This document shows, one piece after another, positions 10,359 through 22,021 of a stretch of DNA of 54,239 nucleotides. Within the stretch, counting starts at the first letter, position 1; every line of letters starts with the position of its first letter. Source of the stretch: Tubiluchus corallicola. Its lineage: Eukaryota; Animalia; Priapulida. The stretch spans positions 1,024,474 to 1,078,712 of the forward strand of contig JAQGDQ010000027.1 in NCBI GenBank assembly GCA_030141605.1. The letters run 5' to 3'. The notes below the pieces were generated by a model, which ran no database searches, was not told the origin of the DNA, and saw nothing but the letters and a program-made list of their open reading frames with translations. Made by a program: the position numbers and the translations under genes.

Positions 10359-13300
10359 TAGTGTAGGCTCATATGTCATGAAATAAAAATTCGTGTACTT
10401 TTGTTGGTAAAAGCATTCCGTTAGAATGTGAGTTAAGCATTAAATAAAAATAGGGTGCCATTTTTTCTTCGCGTTCTGATGCCCTAAAATGAAAGGTTGT
10501 TGCCGTGATACAAGAATGGCCTAAATTTAACATTATATATATTGATATAAATATGGTTCACATTTTTTCAGCATTTATTCCGTGTGAAACTGTATCTAGG
10601 GATTCCCACATGGAGTACAACTTCCCAGTGACTGCTAATTTTACATGTTGTGAAGTTTCAGGCAGACTGCCATGCTGGATTGAAATTAGCGGGCGCAAAA
10701 TTGTGTTTGAATGAAGTCATTAGCCGCAATGTTTCCGCATTATATTATATGGTCTAAACATTTGGTGTAATGTACATTGGTTCATTGTACTTGGTGTATT
10801 GAGAGATATATTCTCTTTGTATTTGCAGGTAGGAAGTACCAACAGCTATTGTACGTCGCTTTAGAGATCGTAATGTACTAACCAACATGGAAGAGTCTTC
10901 ATCTGGCAAGAAGACAGAAACTGTGGATTTTGGACTTTGTTTCATTTGTCAGAGGGGCAGCAAACAAACAGATTATACAAACTATGTGCTTCAGCCTTCT
11001 TTGCCTTCAGTAGAGAAGCTAATTGCAACAACTGATGTTCGATGTTCACACGGGGAAATAGAGTTTTCTGCACTAAAAGATCGCATAAGTGGTTTATCTG
11101 CCGATGATTTGCTACAGAAAAGTGTTTCCTACCACAAGACTTGTTACAAGGATCTCACAAATAAAACACACATTGAACGAGCAAAACTCAGATATGAGAA
11201 GGGACAATCAACAGGCAGAGCCAGTGACATAAAACAGAAGAGAAAAGGACGACCATCAAAATCCACGTCCGCATGTACTTCCACAACACGACCTACATGT
11301 ACCAGAAGGAAGACTTTCGACAAGGAGATGTGCGTCATTTGCCAAGAAGACAAATCAGACAACTTGCATGTCGTCTCAACTGAAAACATGGGAGCTCAGC
11401 TGAAGGCAATTGGCCAACAGACAACAAATGAACAATTGAAAGTCAGACTCAGCAATGTTGTTGGATCATCCAATCTTTTAACGGCAGTTGCAGAGGACAT
11501 AAAGTATCACCTGGTGTGCTTAAGCCATGCCAAGCGAAACATTGAAAAGGCTAACAGACAACTCCCAAAATATTATATTCAGTTCGCACAGTTAGTGTCT
11601 GATCTCGAGATACTCGACATGGTGGAAACAGAAATCAACAAGTCTACTCAAGAATCTGTTTTGAATATGAACGACATTGAAAAAGCATATGTGAGTTTAC
11701 TGGAAGAAAATGGATTTCCTTTACCCGACCATCCGCGATACAAACCATACTTAAAGCAACTGATTTTGGACAATATCCCCGACGTACACTTCACCAGGCC
11801 TCCAGACAAAACAAAACCAGAACAAGTACTTTCTACAAAGGTCAAGGAAACCTTGTTAGCTGGTGCTCTTGCCAACGACCCTAAAGACATAAGAGAAGAC
11901 GTAAAAGTCCTACTGAAAGCTGCTAAAATTCTGAGAAGAGACATTGCTGATGCACCTCCGTGGACATTTCAAGGAACATTTGATAACTATGAACCACCTG
12001 CTTTGCTCCAACTCTTCTGCAAACATGCTATCCAAGGTTTGCATGACGTTAAAACTACCACCAGAGCCGAATCCATGAACCAAAGTGCATCTGTGCTGGC
12101 GCAGCATTTCATGTGTGCATATAAGACTACCCGGCAGGTTAGTTATGAAACAAAACACGATTTCGCCGCTTTCAAACACCGAACTGAAACTCCCCTTAAT
12201 GTCGGATTAGCTCTAGATGTACACAAAAACACCAGATCAAAGTCCCTTATAGAGAAGCTACACCAACTAGACCTTACTGTCTCATACAAAAAGGTCATGG
12301 AAACAGAGACTGCCATCGCAAATTCTGTTCTTGAGCAAATGAAATCCATGGGAGGAGTTTATCGTCCACCTTGGTTGGTTCACGATATGTTTGTTTGGTT
12401 TGCCCTAGACAACATAGATTTTCTCGAATACACACCATCTGGGATGAATACACTCCATGGTACTGCTACTGCTGTATATCAGACTGCATCTGACAGTTCC
12501 CCAACAATACCAGTTAACATCGATCGTTCATCACGCTCTCAAACGTTGGAGGCTGCAGTTCTGTGTGAAATCTTACCATGTAAGAAACCTGTACAAACAT
12601 GCAAAAAGCGTGCTTGCACACTGAATTCTGGCACGTCTAGCACAGAGATGAATAAGGAAAAGGATCTTGCATGGATTATTGGATGCTTGGACTTCAAAGA
12701 AAGTGAAAAAGAAGTTAAACTTACTTCTTGTCCAGGAACATGGGGGGCTTTCAACTCTTTGTTGCCTCCTTCTGGTCCAAAGACAAACATTGCCCTAGTA
12801 CCGCCACTGATACGCTTACCTCCAACAGAGTACGACACCCTCTATACAGGTCTGATGAGAGCACGTGCTATCGCCACTTGTGCCATGGGACCAGAATCCA
12901 TCACAGTCGTGATTCTTGATCTTCAGCTGTACGACATGGCCATGAAGTTGTGGATGGAGCGCGAGGACATACGAAGGCAGTTCCTCTTTCGGCCTGGTGA
13001 GTATTTGGCTGACAAGGTTTTACACCACAGCAGGAGCTCTAACAACAGACTGAAGAAATTTATGGTGACCTCAGGAACACACACCAAGGGGAATGTTGAT
13101 ATTCCAGATTCGCTTCTTACTCACAGCCAAGAAGAGGCAGACACGTTGCTCATACTACATGCTGTAAGTGTTCCCCATGAAGCGGAGCTTGTGGTCAGTT
13201 CTCCAGACACAGATGTTTTGTTGCTACTTGTCCACATGTTTCCGCACTTGCCACTTTCTACAGTCTTCGTCACTGGACCGGGCAGGATGAAGAGGAACAT

Positions 13301-14427
13301 TTCTTGTAGTAACATATACAACAACTTGGGACAAAAGCACGCTTCCGCACTGTTGGGTTTTCATGCTCTGACAGGCTCCGACACGTCTGGTAGATTCGCT
13401 GGCAGAACCAAAGACTGGTGTTTCAAGACGTTCATGTCCTGTGACGATGAGATCTTGGATGCACTAGCAATGCTAGGAAATGAGAACGATTTGCCCTGTG
13501 ATGCATGCTCGCAACTGGAACGCTTTGTTTGTATGCTGTATCGATCAAAAATCTACACAAAAGTAAATGAGCTTGGCTGGTTTCTCTACTCAAATCGTGC
13601 AGCCGAAGGAGAAAACCTTCCACCAACTTCTGGTGCACTGGACTTACATATTCGTCGCGCACATTACATAGCCATGATTTGGAGGAAAGCTAATGAAAAT
13701 CATCCAAGCATGCCAACACCTACTGCATTCGGTTGGACATTTGATGCAGGCTCAAGTCACTTCTGTCCTGTTCGATGTTTGAATCCGCCAGCTCCTGAGG
13801 CAATACTGCACCTGATAAAGTGCAAATGCAAACGTGGATGTGAAGGAAAGTGTAGTTGTCGCAAAAACAATATCCCATGTACAGAAGTTTGTGGATGTTG
13901 GGTTTTCACTTGCAACAACAAAATAAGTCAACTAACGATAAATGAGGAGTGTGAAGACGATTGACGTATGTTGTTAAAGCTACACCTATCCACCGTGTGA
14001 CTTTTTCATTTGGTCGTTCATAAAATAATTGTATTCCATGTGGTCAATACATCGCTTTAATATGTTTGCACATTTTATTTCCAATACTGTATGGATTACG
14101 GTGTCGAAATGAGTAGATTTTACTGTAAATGGCTGCTATTTTGGTCGCCATCTTAAAACTTGGCATGCAAGTAATAACTTTAGCATCAATTTGATAATTC
14201 CAGTGGTTTCCTCGTGTCAGAAAACCTATATTTGTATACTTTGTTTGTAATTAACGAAGATATTACATTATTTTTAACCGGACGCCATCTTGGATTTCGA
14301 ACCCTTAGAATGCGAAGAAAAAATGGCACCCTAATTTTTTTAAAGGTTATGACATATTTTTTTAAAATCAAGTGAGTTTTTGCTTTTACCAAAAAAAATA
14401 CACGAAATTACAAATGATCCTACAATA
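10359..14427 (+). mobile_element. Academ (AcademX-type) DNA transposon, internally deleted
   Basis: Termini TAGTGTAGG (10359) and CCTACAATA (14427, one mismatch). ATA duplicated on both sides. Subterminal inverted blocks at 10390-10415/14381-14406 and 10451-10477/14307-14333. Removing the element restores the LINE frame. Confidence 0.88.
10887..13964 (+). CDS. Academ-type transposase fused to XPG/FEN-like (PIN) nuclease remnant and C-terminal Cys-rich CXC finger, 1025 aa
   Basis: ALDNIDF...TLHGT, ILDLQLY, RPGE, HSQEEADTLLILHA, SPDTDV, FHALTGSDT, LPPTSGAL..HIRRA..W, CKCKRGCEGKCSCRKNNIPCTEVCGC. Uninterrupted ORF inside the inverted termini. Confidence 0.88.
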   Translation: MEESSSGKKTETVDFGLCFICQRGSKQTDYTNYVLQPSLPSVEKLIATTDVRCSHGEIEFSALKDRISGLSADDLLQKSVSYHKTCYKDLTNKTHIERAKLRYEKGQSTGRASDIKQKRKGRPSKSTSACTSTTRPTCTRRKTFDKEMCVICQEDKSDNLHVVSTENMGAQLKAIGQQTTNEQLKVRLSNVVGSSNLLTAVAEDIKYHLVCLSHAKRNIEKANRQLPKYYIQFAQLVSDLEILDMVETEINKSTQESVLNMNDIEKAYVSLLEENGFPLPDHPRYKPYLKQLILDNIPDVHFTRPPDKTKPEQVLSTKVKETLLAGALANDPKDIREDVKVLLKAAKILRRDIADAPPWTFQGTFDNYEPPALLQLFCKHAIQGLHDVKTTTRAESMNQSASVLAQHFMCAYKTTRQVSYETKHDFAAFKHRTETPLNVGLALDVHKNTRSKSLIEKLHQLDLTVSYKKVMETETAIANSVLEQMKSMGGVYRPPWLVHDMFVWFALDNIDFLEYTPSGMNTLHGTATAVYQTASDSSPTIPVNIDRSSRSQTLEAAVLCEILPCKKPVQTCKKRACTLNSGTSSTEMNKEKDLAWIIGCLDFKESEKEVKLTSCPGTWGAFNSLLPPSGPKTNIALVPPLIRLPPTEYDTLYTGLMRARAIATCAMGPESITVVILDLQLYDMAMKLWMEREDIRRQFLFRPGEYLADKVLHHSRSSNNRLKKFMVTSGTHTKGNVDIPDSLLTHSQEEADTLLILHAVSVPHEAELVVSSPDTDVLLLLVHMFPHLPLSTVFVTGPGRMKRNISCSNIYNNLGQKHASALLGFHALTGSDTSGRFAGRTKDWCFKTFMSCDDEILDALAMLGNENDLPCDACSQLERFVCMLYRSKIYTKVNELGWFLYSNRAAEGENLPPTSGALDLHIRRAHYIAMIWRKANENHPSMPTPTAFGWTFDAGSSHFCPVRCLNPPAPEAILHLIKCKCKRGCEGKCSCRKNNIPCTEVCGCWVFTCNNKISQLTINEECEDD

Positions 14428-15275
14428 ATAAGTCAATGTCATTCGGTTGCCTCTTATGTATAGAGTGAAATACAATGCATTTTGTTTTAGTTAGATTCAA
14501 TGACAATTTGTTTGCTTTAAATCAATCAGCTATTAATGAAAGTTTATTATTTATTTCAGGCACAGAATAAGATTGTAATTCAAAAAATAATGTGGTGTCA
14601 TCTGCAAATTGAAATAGGTTATTGTTGGTTAAGACAATGGACAGGTCATTGATATATATTAAAAATAATAGAGGGCCAAGAATGGAGCCTCGAGGTATAC
14701 CACACTTCATGGATTGACGTCTGGACAGACAATTATTGCATCTAACTATTTGGCTTCTTGCAGAAAGATAATTATTAAACCATTCATTCGGAATTCCTCG
14801 TATACCATAGTGAGAAAGTTTTTCAAGCAGTATGTCATGGTCAATGGTGTCGAAGGCTTTAGACAAGTCACAGAAGATGCCAACAGAGATTGAATTGTTT
14901 TCGATCGTATTAACAATTTGTTCATAGGCTTTCATTAAAGCTAGCTCAGTGGAAAGGCCTGATCTGAATCCAACTTGATTGTTGTTAAGTATGTTAAGTT
15001 AGTTTTGATTAAATATTTGTATAATTGACTGTGTACACATCTTTTGAGTATCTTAGAAAAAAGGGTTGCAGGGATATTGGCCTGTAGTTATTTAAGTTTG
15101 TGTTGTCGCCAGTCTTATGAAGTGATACTATAAGAGCTTGTTTCAGCTTGATGGGAACAATGCCACTGCTAAGAGATTTATTTTTAAATATGAGTTATAG
15201 GTATTAATATTTGAGGAAATGTATCTGCGATTATTCTAGATATGTAGTTTTTAATCCCGGGACTCTTATTGACAT
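14428..15275 (-). pseudogene. LINE reverse transcriptase core, continuation of the element at 9345-10358; 5'-truncated
   Basis: NYRPISL, GIFCDLSKAFDTIDH, GIPRGSILGPLLFLIYINDL, FADDTT, ANKLSLNLTKT. Confidence 0.93.
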
Positions 15276-15424
15276 TTAGGGAATTGCGTATATTAAGAAC
15301 ACCTTTAGGAGTAATTGGATTAAAAAATAACGAATTTGGGTAGTTTGTGTGTTCTCTAAGTGTTCTCTAAAATGATGACTTGACATATTCTCAACAAGTG
15401 ATTGTCTAACATTAGTGTAATACA

Positions 15425-15800
15425 GTCTAGTGTACATGGATGCTGAAAATATTCTACCTAAACATTTGTGTCTGTGTAGAACACGGCAGAGACGAGGTCC
15501 ACTCTCACACATGCTAGAGCAAACGTCGCCCATGAGCGGTCATGGATAAGAGTGATTGACAGCGCTGGAGTAAAGCATGCATGTCTAGTAATGGCGAACG
15601 TTACAACTGGCTGAATAGCTTTGATTACTATCAGTCAGCCATCTAGTGTAGGAAATCACAACTAACGCAACAGCAGCAATATTTTACCATAAAAAAATCA
15701 TAGCAACACAACAAGTTATCCAAGTGAATCAGAAATGGTTCACAGTAATTTTTTATACGATTAATGACTCAACAAATTATTACTTTTGTGCATCACACAA
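15425..15800 (+). repeat. Dispersed non-coding repeat module
   Basis: CTAGTGTACATGG...AAGAGTGATTGACAGC...GGCTGAATAG...AGCCATCTA recurs, fully or partly, near 29910-30290, 34250-34510, 35858-36005 and 47420-47600, and inverted near 50640-50780, 51285-51410 and 52400-52480. Confidence 0.85.
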
Positions 15801-16220
15801 ACCTGAACTTTTTCAAATTCGCACCTGTAAGGATTGATTTCCTGTTTTTATACCTTGTTTTGAAGTAATCACAAAAAGTTTTTTTATTTTAAATTCAATA
15901 TTACAGAAAAAGTAAAGACGTGGCGATTTTTTCGTTTCCAAATCAGTAGTTTCAAAAACGTGCTCAATTCTGATTGGCTGACCTACTAAAAGTCATATAA
16001 CGAAGCCAAGTTTTACAGGCAATTCTAAATAAGTACAACCTTAGATTAGAGGGCAAGCAGAGAGAAATCTTCCGAACACTGGCGATTACAATCTATTTTA
16101 TGCGCAAATTTCGAAGTGTTCAGGTAATCCATTACGTATATAAAATGAAAAGGAAAGTGACCATAATGGCATCTTAAAGACAAAAAATAGCACATTGCGA
16201 ATATTAGCGGAAAACAGATG

Positions 16221-16282
16221 TATTATATTATATTATATTATATTATATTATATTATATTATATTATATTATATTATATTATA
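16221..16282. repeat. (TATTA)n microsatellite
   Basis: Pure pentamer run of about 12 units. Confidence 0.97.
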
Positions 16283-16884
16283 GCGCAGTACAATAAACAA
16301 ATAAAAGATTTACAGTGAGAGCAGCAGCACACTTTAGGAAAGTTTGAGGCAATTGCTAGAAAATGAAGTGCCATGTTACTGCCGCTGTCACTTTGTCATC
16401 TTCTGCCATTGTCGTTATCATTCTCGTGGTCACCATCAACATCATCGTCAGCGTCATCGTCATCCACAATATTGACGTCAATAGCACGTCTCTGTGTAAC
16501 TAGAAAATACAATTCTTGGTAATTTAAGATCTTCGTACATACTCGTAGTTTTCAGTAAATTTGCATAGCAACAGAGAAAGGTGTTGGTTACTATCTGATT
16601 TGTAATGAGTACTATAAATATAAACTATAGGCTAATTCTAGACTATTCTCTTTACTGCACTTGCAAGCTTACTTCATGCAAGCAGCCAGGGCACTTATTT
16701 GATGAATATTGAGTGCGTTTACTACTTACCTCTGGCACCTTGTTAATTTAATTTAATTAACTTTTTGTTACACGAGGTAATAAAATCTGCTGGCCACCAA
16801 CAAAAAATTCAAAAATTGTTACACAATGAAAGTTCTGTATGATAGAATACACGTATTTGTAAATATTACAAGAGCCTTGATATT

Positions 16885-17900
16885 ATGTTGCATTTTTGAT
16901 TTTCCACTGTGCACTTTTAATTTTTTACTGTGCGTTTTTAATTCTTTACTCTGCACTTTTAATTTTTACTGTGCATTTTTAATTCTTTACTGTGTACTTT
17001 TAATTTTTTACCGTGCACTTTTAATTCTTTACTGTGCACTTTTAATTTCTAACTGTGCGTTTTTAATTCTTTACTGTGCACTTTTAATTTTTTACCGAGC
17101 GCTTTTAATTCTTTACTGTGCACTTTTAATTTTTACTGTGCACTTTTGGTTTTTCGCTGTGCACTTTTGATTTTCAACTGTGCACTTTTGGTTTTTCGCT
17201 GTGCACTTTTGATTTTCAACTGTGCATTTTTGATTTTTCGCTGTGCACTTTTGATTTTTTACTGTGCGTTTTTAATTCTTCACTGTGCACTTTTAATTTT
17301 TTACTGTGCGTTTTTAATTCTTTACTGTGCACTTTTAATTTTTTACAGTGCACTTTTAATTCTTTACTGTGCACTTTTAATTTTTTACTGTGCGTTTTTA
17401 ATTCTTTACTATGCACTTTTAATTTTTACTGTGCACTTTTGGTTTTTCGCTGTGCACTTTTGATTTTCAACTGTGCACTTTTGGTTTTTCGCTGTGCACT
17501 TTTGATTTTCAACTGTGCATTTTTGATTTTTCGCTGTGCACTTTTGATTTTTTACTGTGCGTTTTTAATTCTTCACTGTGCACTTTTAATTTTTTACTGT
17601 GCGTTTTTAATTCTTTACTGTGCACTTTTAATTTTTTACAGTGCACTTTTAATTCTTTACTGTGCACTTTTAATTTTTTACTGTGCGTTTTTAATTCTTT
17701 ACTATGCACTTTTAATTTTTACTGTGCACTTTTGGTTTTTCGCTGTGCACTTTTGATTTTCAACTGTGCACTTTTGGTTTTTCGCTGTGCACTTTTGATT
17801 TTCAACTGTGCACTTTTGCTTTTTCGCTGTGCACTTTTGATTTTCAACTGTGCACTTTTGATTTTTCGCTGTGCACTTTTGATTTTTTTTTGCAGAACAC
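16885..17900. repeat. 21-bp minisatellite (ACTGTGCACTTTTAATTCTTT-like) with a 293-bp higher-order duplication
   Basis: Continuous 20-21-bp periodicity. ORF-track translations at 17146 and 17439 are identical, offset 293 bp. Confidence 0.97.
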
Positions 17901-19572
17901 TTTTGAACTTGAAATGGCGTAGTTACAATGCTCTTTAATACCCCACATAGCGTAATTGGTTTTAAAATCTTATCTTAAAGTTAGCAAATTTGCTGATAAT
18001 ATAGCATTTGTTTCAGATAAAAATTCATAAAGCTGCTGAGATGTAACTCACTTCCACGAGCTACTAAAGGAGTTAATTTGCGATTGACATACTGGTTTCC
18101 AGGCAGAGAACTGGGCACGGAATTATAAAATTAAATTTTTAGTATTTTTTAACCTTTTCTTGATAATTTGATGTTATAATATAAATGGTTCAATATTTTT
18201 AGCATTTGCTTTTATTAAAAAAACAAAAAACAACAACATTAGACCAAAATTTTGGGTCATTCAACTTTGTTGCATCATCACGTAGTTTTAAGAATGCCGA
18301 CTTGGTTTGCAAGCACATATAGTATTTATGTATGTCATTTGTCCTTACCGAATGATATTAAATTTTACTTATTTATTTGTCTTTCTTTGTTTTACCAATT
18401 TGTTTAACTGTTCCGACGGCGCCATTACATGACTTCATATACGCAAACGTAAATTAGGGGAAGAAAATTTTAAATGAAGTCCAAAAAACTTTCAATGCAA
18501 ATCTATATTACTTGACTTTTCGCTTACATGCTGGAAAGAAATGTACCTGCCAATTGGTAAAATGTCGCTGACTCATCCTCCAGGGTGCGCCACTCGTAAA
18601 CGAAAAACGTATTTTTAATGTTATTGACAAGATACAGTAATTTAAAATTTTTCTTATGTTGGAACATCTGTGCTACGAATGCTCTGAGTATTTTTTCAAA
18701 CTTCATGCAATGTTATCTAAACTTGTTTCAAACGATCTACCATTAAAATGGCTGCGCCTAACGGAGTTTAAATTTACGAGTTTTGTACAGCTTTACTGCC
18801 GATGCAAGCGCTGCATTGCTCGGGTTTATGGACAACTGCTCTTACTAAGCAGCGATTACCTTATATTTGATAATTTTTGTAGGTTACTACTCCTCACAAA
18901 ATGGATTTTCAACGAAAATTATAAATGAAATCCAGTTGCTTACCTTAGACAAATTAGAAATCGATTTTTAAAGAAAAAATTGGAAAAAAGCTTTCAGTAA
19001 CTGCAGTGTTTGCACTACAGCAAATTCACAGCATCACTTAATTTATCCTTGGCTGATCGTTTGGTTTTTCCTGAAACAGCAGACAGTTCTCATGGGCTGT
19101 AGCAAGCAGGCTATTAATAAAGTACTATGTACGATAGCGAAAGTGTATACCAGACTAAGCTACTCGACAGGCTAATTTGGAAAAGGCGTGTTTTTTCTTA
19201 ATTTTATCCAATTATGTCACTTACAAAAACTTAAACACATAGCATGATTAGATAGCTGAGATGCTCCTAAATAGAACAGTATCTAATTTGTAATCATTTA
19301 GTCATGTCTGTGCAACAAAAAAGTCACAGATTTATCAGTGATGCGTTCCTGAAGGAGTTAATCTGCATATTAAAAATAATGTTAAAATATTACTGAATAT
19401 TATCAAATTTCTATTAACATATCTTAGCGACATTTACGTACCCTCTCGCTAATTTTCTTGTAAAACCTTAAAATGACGCAAGAGAAGTTTAAGAGCTACT
19501 GTAGTGAATGAAAAAAAAGTTACGGGTTTCGAATTCAGGGCACATGTATGTATACACTTTTTCTCATTTCAG

Positions 19573-19669
19573 CTTCACTTCTGAATCGTCTTTGTTTAAG
19601 AATGAGAGGTGTAAGCCCTACCCACAAGACAGTCAGGCTGAATGAATGCATAGCTTTATGTCAAAATGT
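19573..19669 (+). CDS. Candidate exon, WSC-like CxxxC segment
   Basis: TTTCAG acceptor and GTAAGT donor; open frame SLLNRLCLRMRGVSPTHKTVRLNECIALCQN. Ends in phase 2, compatible with an acceptor at 21297. Confidence 0.4.
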
Positions 19670-21297
19670 GTAAGTTGATTTTACTTAATGTCATCATTAT
19701 TACCTCAAAAAGCCATTAGCTATGGCGTCAAAATTTTCGTCAAATAGAAGTCAAACACAAACCAATGTTGGTTTTTGTTGGTTTTACAAGACTGCAATAA
19801 TTTAATCATGATATTGGATTATAGATTATAGACTAGATTTAGATTATAATGCAAACACAAAAAGAACAAGAACGCAGATATAGCCAGGATATAGCACGTA
19901 TGTGTGCGTGCGTGCGTGTGTGTGTTTGTGTGTCCCGTTTCGTATTTTCAAATGTTACAGTACTACCGAAACTGGGAAATATCTTGCACCAGTATAATGT
20001 CGTACGTTTAGACAATTAATCCAGGTTTTCACAAAACCGCGACTTTTTTGCGACGATCAAAAATTTTCAAGCAAATCATTCCTGCGTGACTTTGCTACAT
20101 GTTTGCGAATTCCGAGCGATCATTGTACAATAACTTCACGGAATTTTTGCAAGACAAGCGAGATTCGCCAAAATGTCACAAAAAGTCGTCATAACATTCT
20201 CAAAACCGTCCCAAAATGTTAGACAAGTTCTTGCGGATTCTGAAATTGTTGGAGAACATCATGAATAATTTACAACAAATTTGCAAATGTAAGTCACATG
20301 TTATGACCACTTGACGACAGTTTTGTGAAGTTTTGGCAAACTTGCCAGTCAGGCGACATGCTTTCACTTCATCAGGACCGTCAGTCCTGTTCGTCCTTTA
20401 TCGTGACTTTTTGCCATTTTACGTCCTGCCGTTCTGTTTAGAATCTCTTGGGTTTCAGACAAGCTCACACTAAGTAAACACGTTCACAAACATTAAAACA
20501 GTGCAAAAATAATGGACCGTCATCGTGGCAATTTAACTCTTAACACACTTAAGACTCTACATCTAAGGCACAGAATCAAAACAGTGAAACTTAAATACAT
20601 GAGGAAATAACTGGAATGAGATTCATATGAAAATCTAAAATTACACCTTATACATGAGATTCAGGAAAAAATCACAACTACATAAACAATTAATCTAACG
20701 GAAACAGTTATAATTATGTAAAACCTGTTATTTGCACTTGAATTTTGACCACTTAAATTTCACTCTTTTGATATTGTAGCCATATTTGTGCCTGCATGTA
20801 GTGTCATTGTGATAAATGTGTTAATTATTTGCGATGGCTTGATTTATAGTAATGACAGTTGCTGGCCAAACCATGGTCTGCTTTAAAATCTTAATCTAAA
20901 TTGTTACAAGGGTTTTAGGAAGTCATTGCCTTACTTTTCCCATAGCTGAAGGGCACCGGCCTGTGATTTGTGTCTAATATAACAAAGAATAGGTTCTGTA
21001 CATGACAACTCTCTCATATGGGACAGCTAAATTAAATAGTTTACAGAGTAACTGTACATGTTATTTAGTGTTCCAGATATTGTGATATGATGGCAGTATT
21101 ATTCCCGAACTTATTCATGCCTACTCTGTCAGTACATATGACAAATAGAACAAAATTGATTTTTTCTGTAAACTAATATTATGCTCCTATATTGTCTACA
21201 ATTAAAAAAGTAGTATACGTATAAGAAATTTGTACAGACATTCTCGCATTTACATTAATTTTTCAGTTGTTCACCTGATTACTATATATATATCTAG

Positions 21298-21479
21298 AGT
21301 TACATATGTAAAGTTTGCTACTTGGGAGGCGTCATCGCAAAGGTGTTTTTGCTCATACGTCATTAAACCACGAAGAGATGAAGTAAAACAGCTTATGAAG
21401 TCTGATACATCAAAGTGTGCTGTAACCTACCTTCTCAAATCACGACGTCTGTCGAGCATTGATGGCATTGGGAAAATTG
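21298..21479 (+). CDS. Candidate exon, second half of a WSC-like domain (boundaries uncertain)
   Basis: YVKFATWEASSQRCFCS resembles WSC YxFAGxExGxECFCG. Alternative acceptor at 21266; weak phase-1 donor GTGATT at 21480. Confidence 0.45.
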
Positions 21480-21793
21480 GTGATTATCTTTATCATATAC
21501 TGAAGTCGGCCAGCTTGTGCTCTTAAGATAAAAAACCAAAAGCATGTATACATATATATATATATATAGTGTTAAATTAGTAAAATAGATTAATTGGGCA
21601 ATAATATTTCAATTTTTTAATGAAAAATAATACGCGTTACATGTAAAAATAAACTACAGTGAAAAGATAAGAGAAACCTGTGTTAAAACACGTCCTAATT
21701 AAGTGTGAAGTTCCTCTAAAACTTTCCACGACTGACCAACGGGTATTTTGTCTTCAGTTAATGTCTTCAGACTTTAACATTTCTTTGCTTCAG

Positions 21794-22021
21794 CAGATTG
21801 GCCTAATAACGTGAAAAGATTAAAGCCTTTTGATGGAAAGACGATTGCTGTTAAAACACACAAATCAGACAGTGACACATTGAAGGACTTTGCAGCCGCT
21901 ATCCTTGTGGTTCGAAACCCTTATGATGTTGTGTATGCTGAGTTCAAAAGAATGGTCTTTTTTATCCCATCATTCAGGAAGAGTGGAGCACCAGACTATA
22001 AAAGTCCCCAAGTTTTGAACA
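21794..22021 (+). CDS. Exon of WSCD-family (sialate O-sulfotransferase-like) protein
   Basis: TIAVKTH...FAAAILVVRNPYDVVYAEFKR matches the WSCD KTH and 3'-PB motifs. CAGCAG acceptor; phase-1 donor GTACGT at 22022. Confidence 0.82.

Noticed and set aside
11144-13662. Minus-strand and alternate-frame ORFs inside the Academ ORF
   Set aside because: Shadows of the long plus-strand ORF.
16826-17938. Cys/Leu/Phe-rich and His/Lys-rich ORFs; also a possible CRISPR-like periodicity
   Set aside because: They are translations of a 21-bp minisatellite. Units are contiguous with no unique spacers and there are no cas genes.
18017-18125. TTTCAG followed by LTYWFPGR, a possible 5'-PSB exon of the WSCD-like gene
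   Set aside because: All three frames from the acceptor hit stops, GNTW is absent, and it lies upstream of the WSC-like exons (wrong order).
20020-20420. CpG-richer stretch starting CCAGGTTTTCACA, resembling a Harbinger-type MITE
   Set aside because: No matching second terminus or target duplication found.
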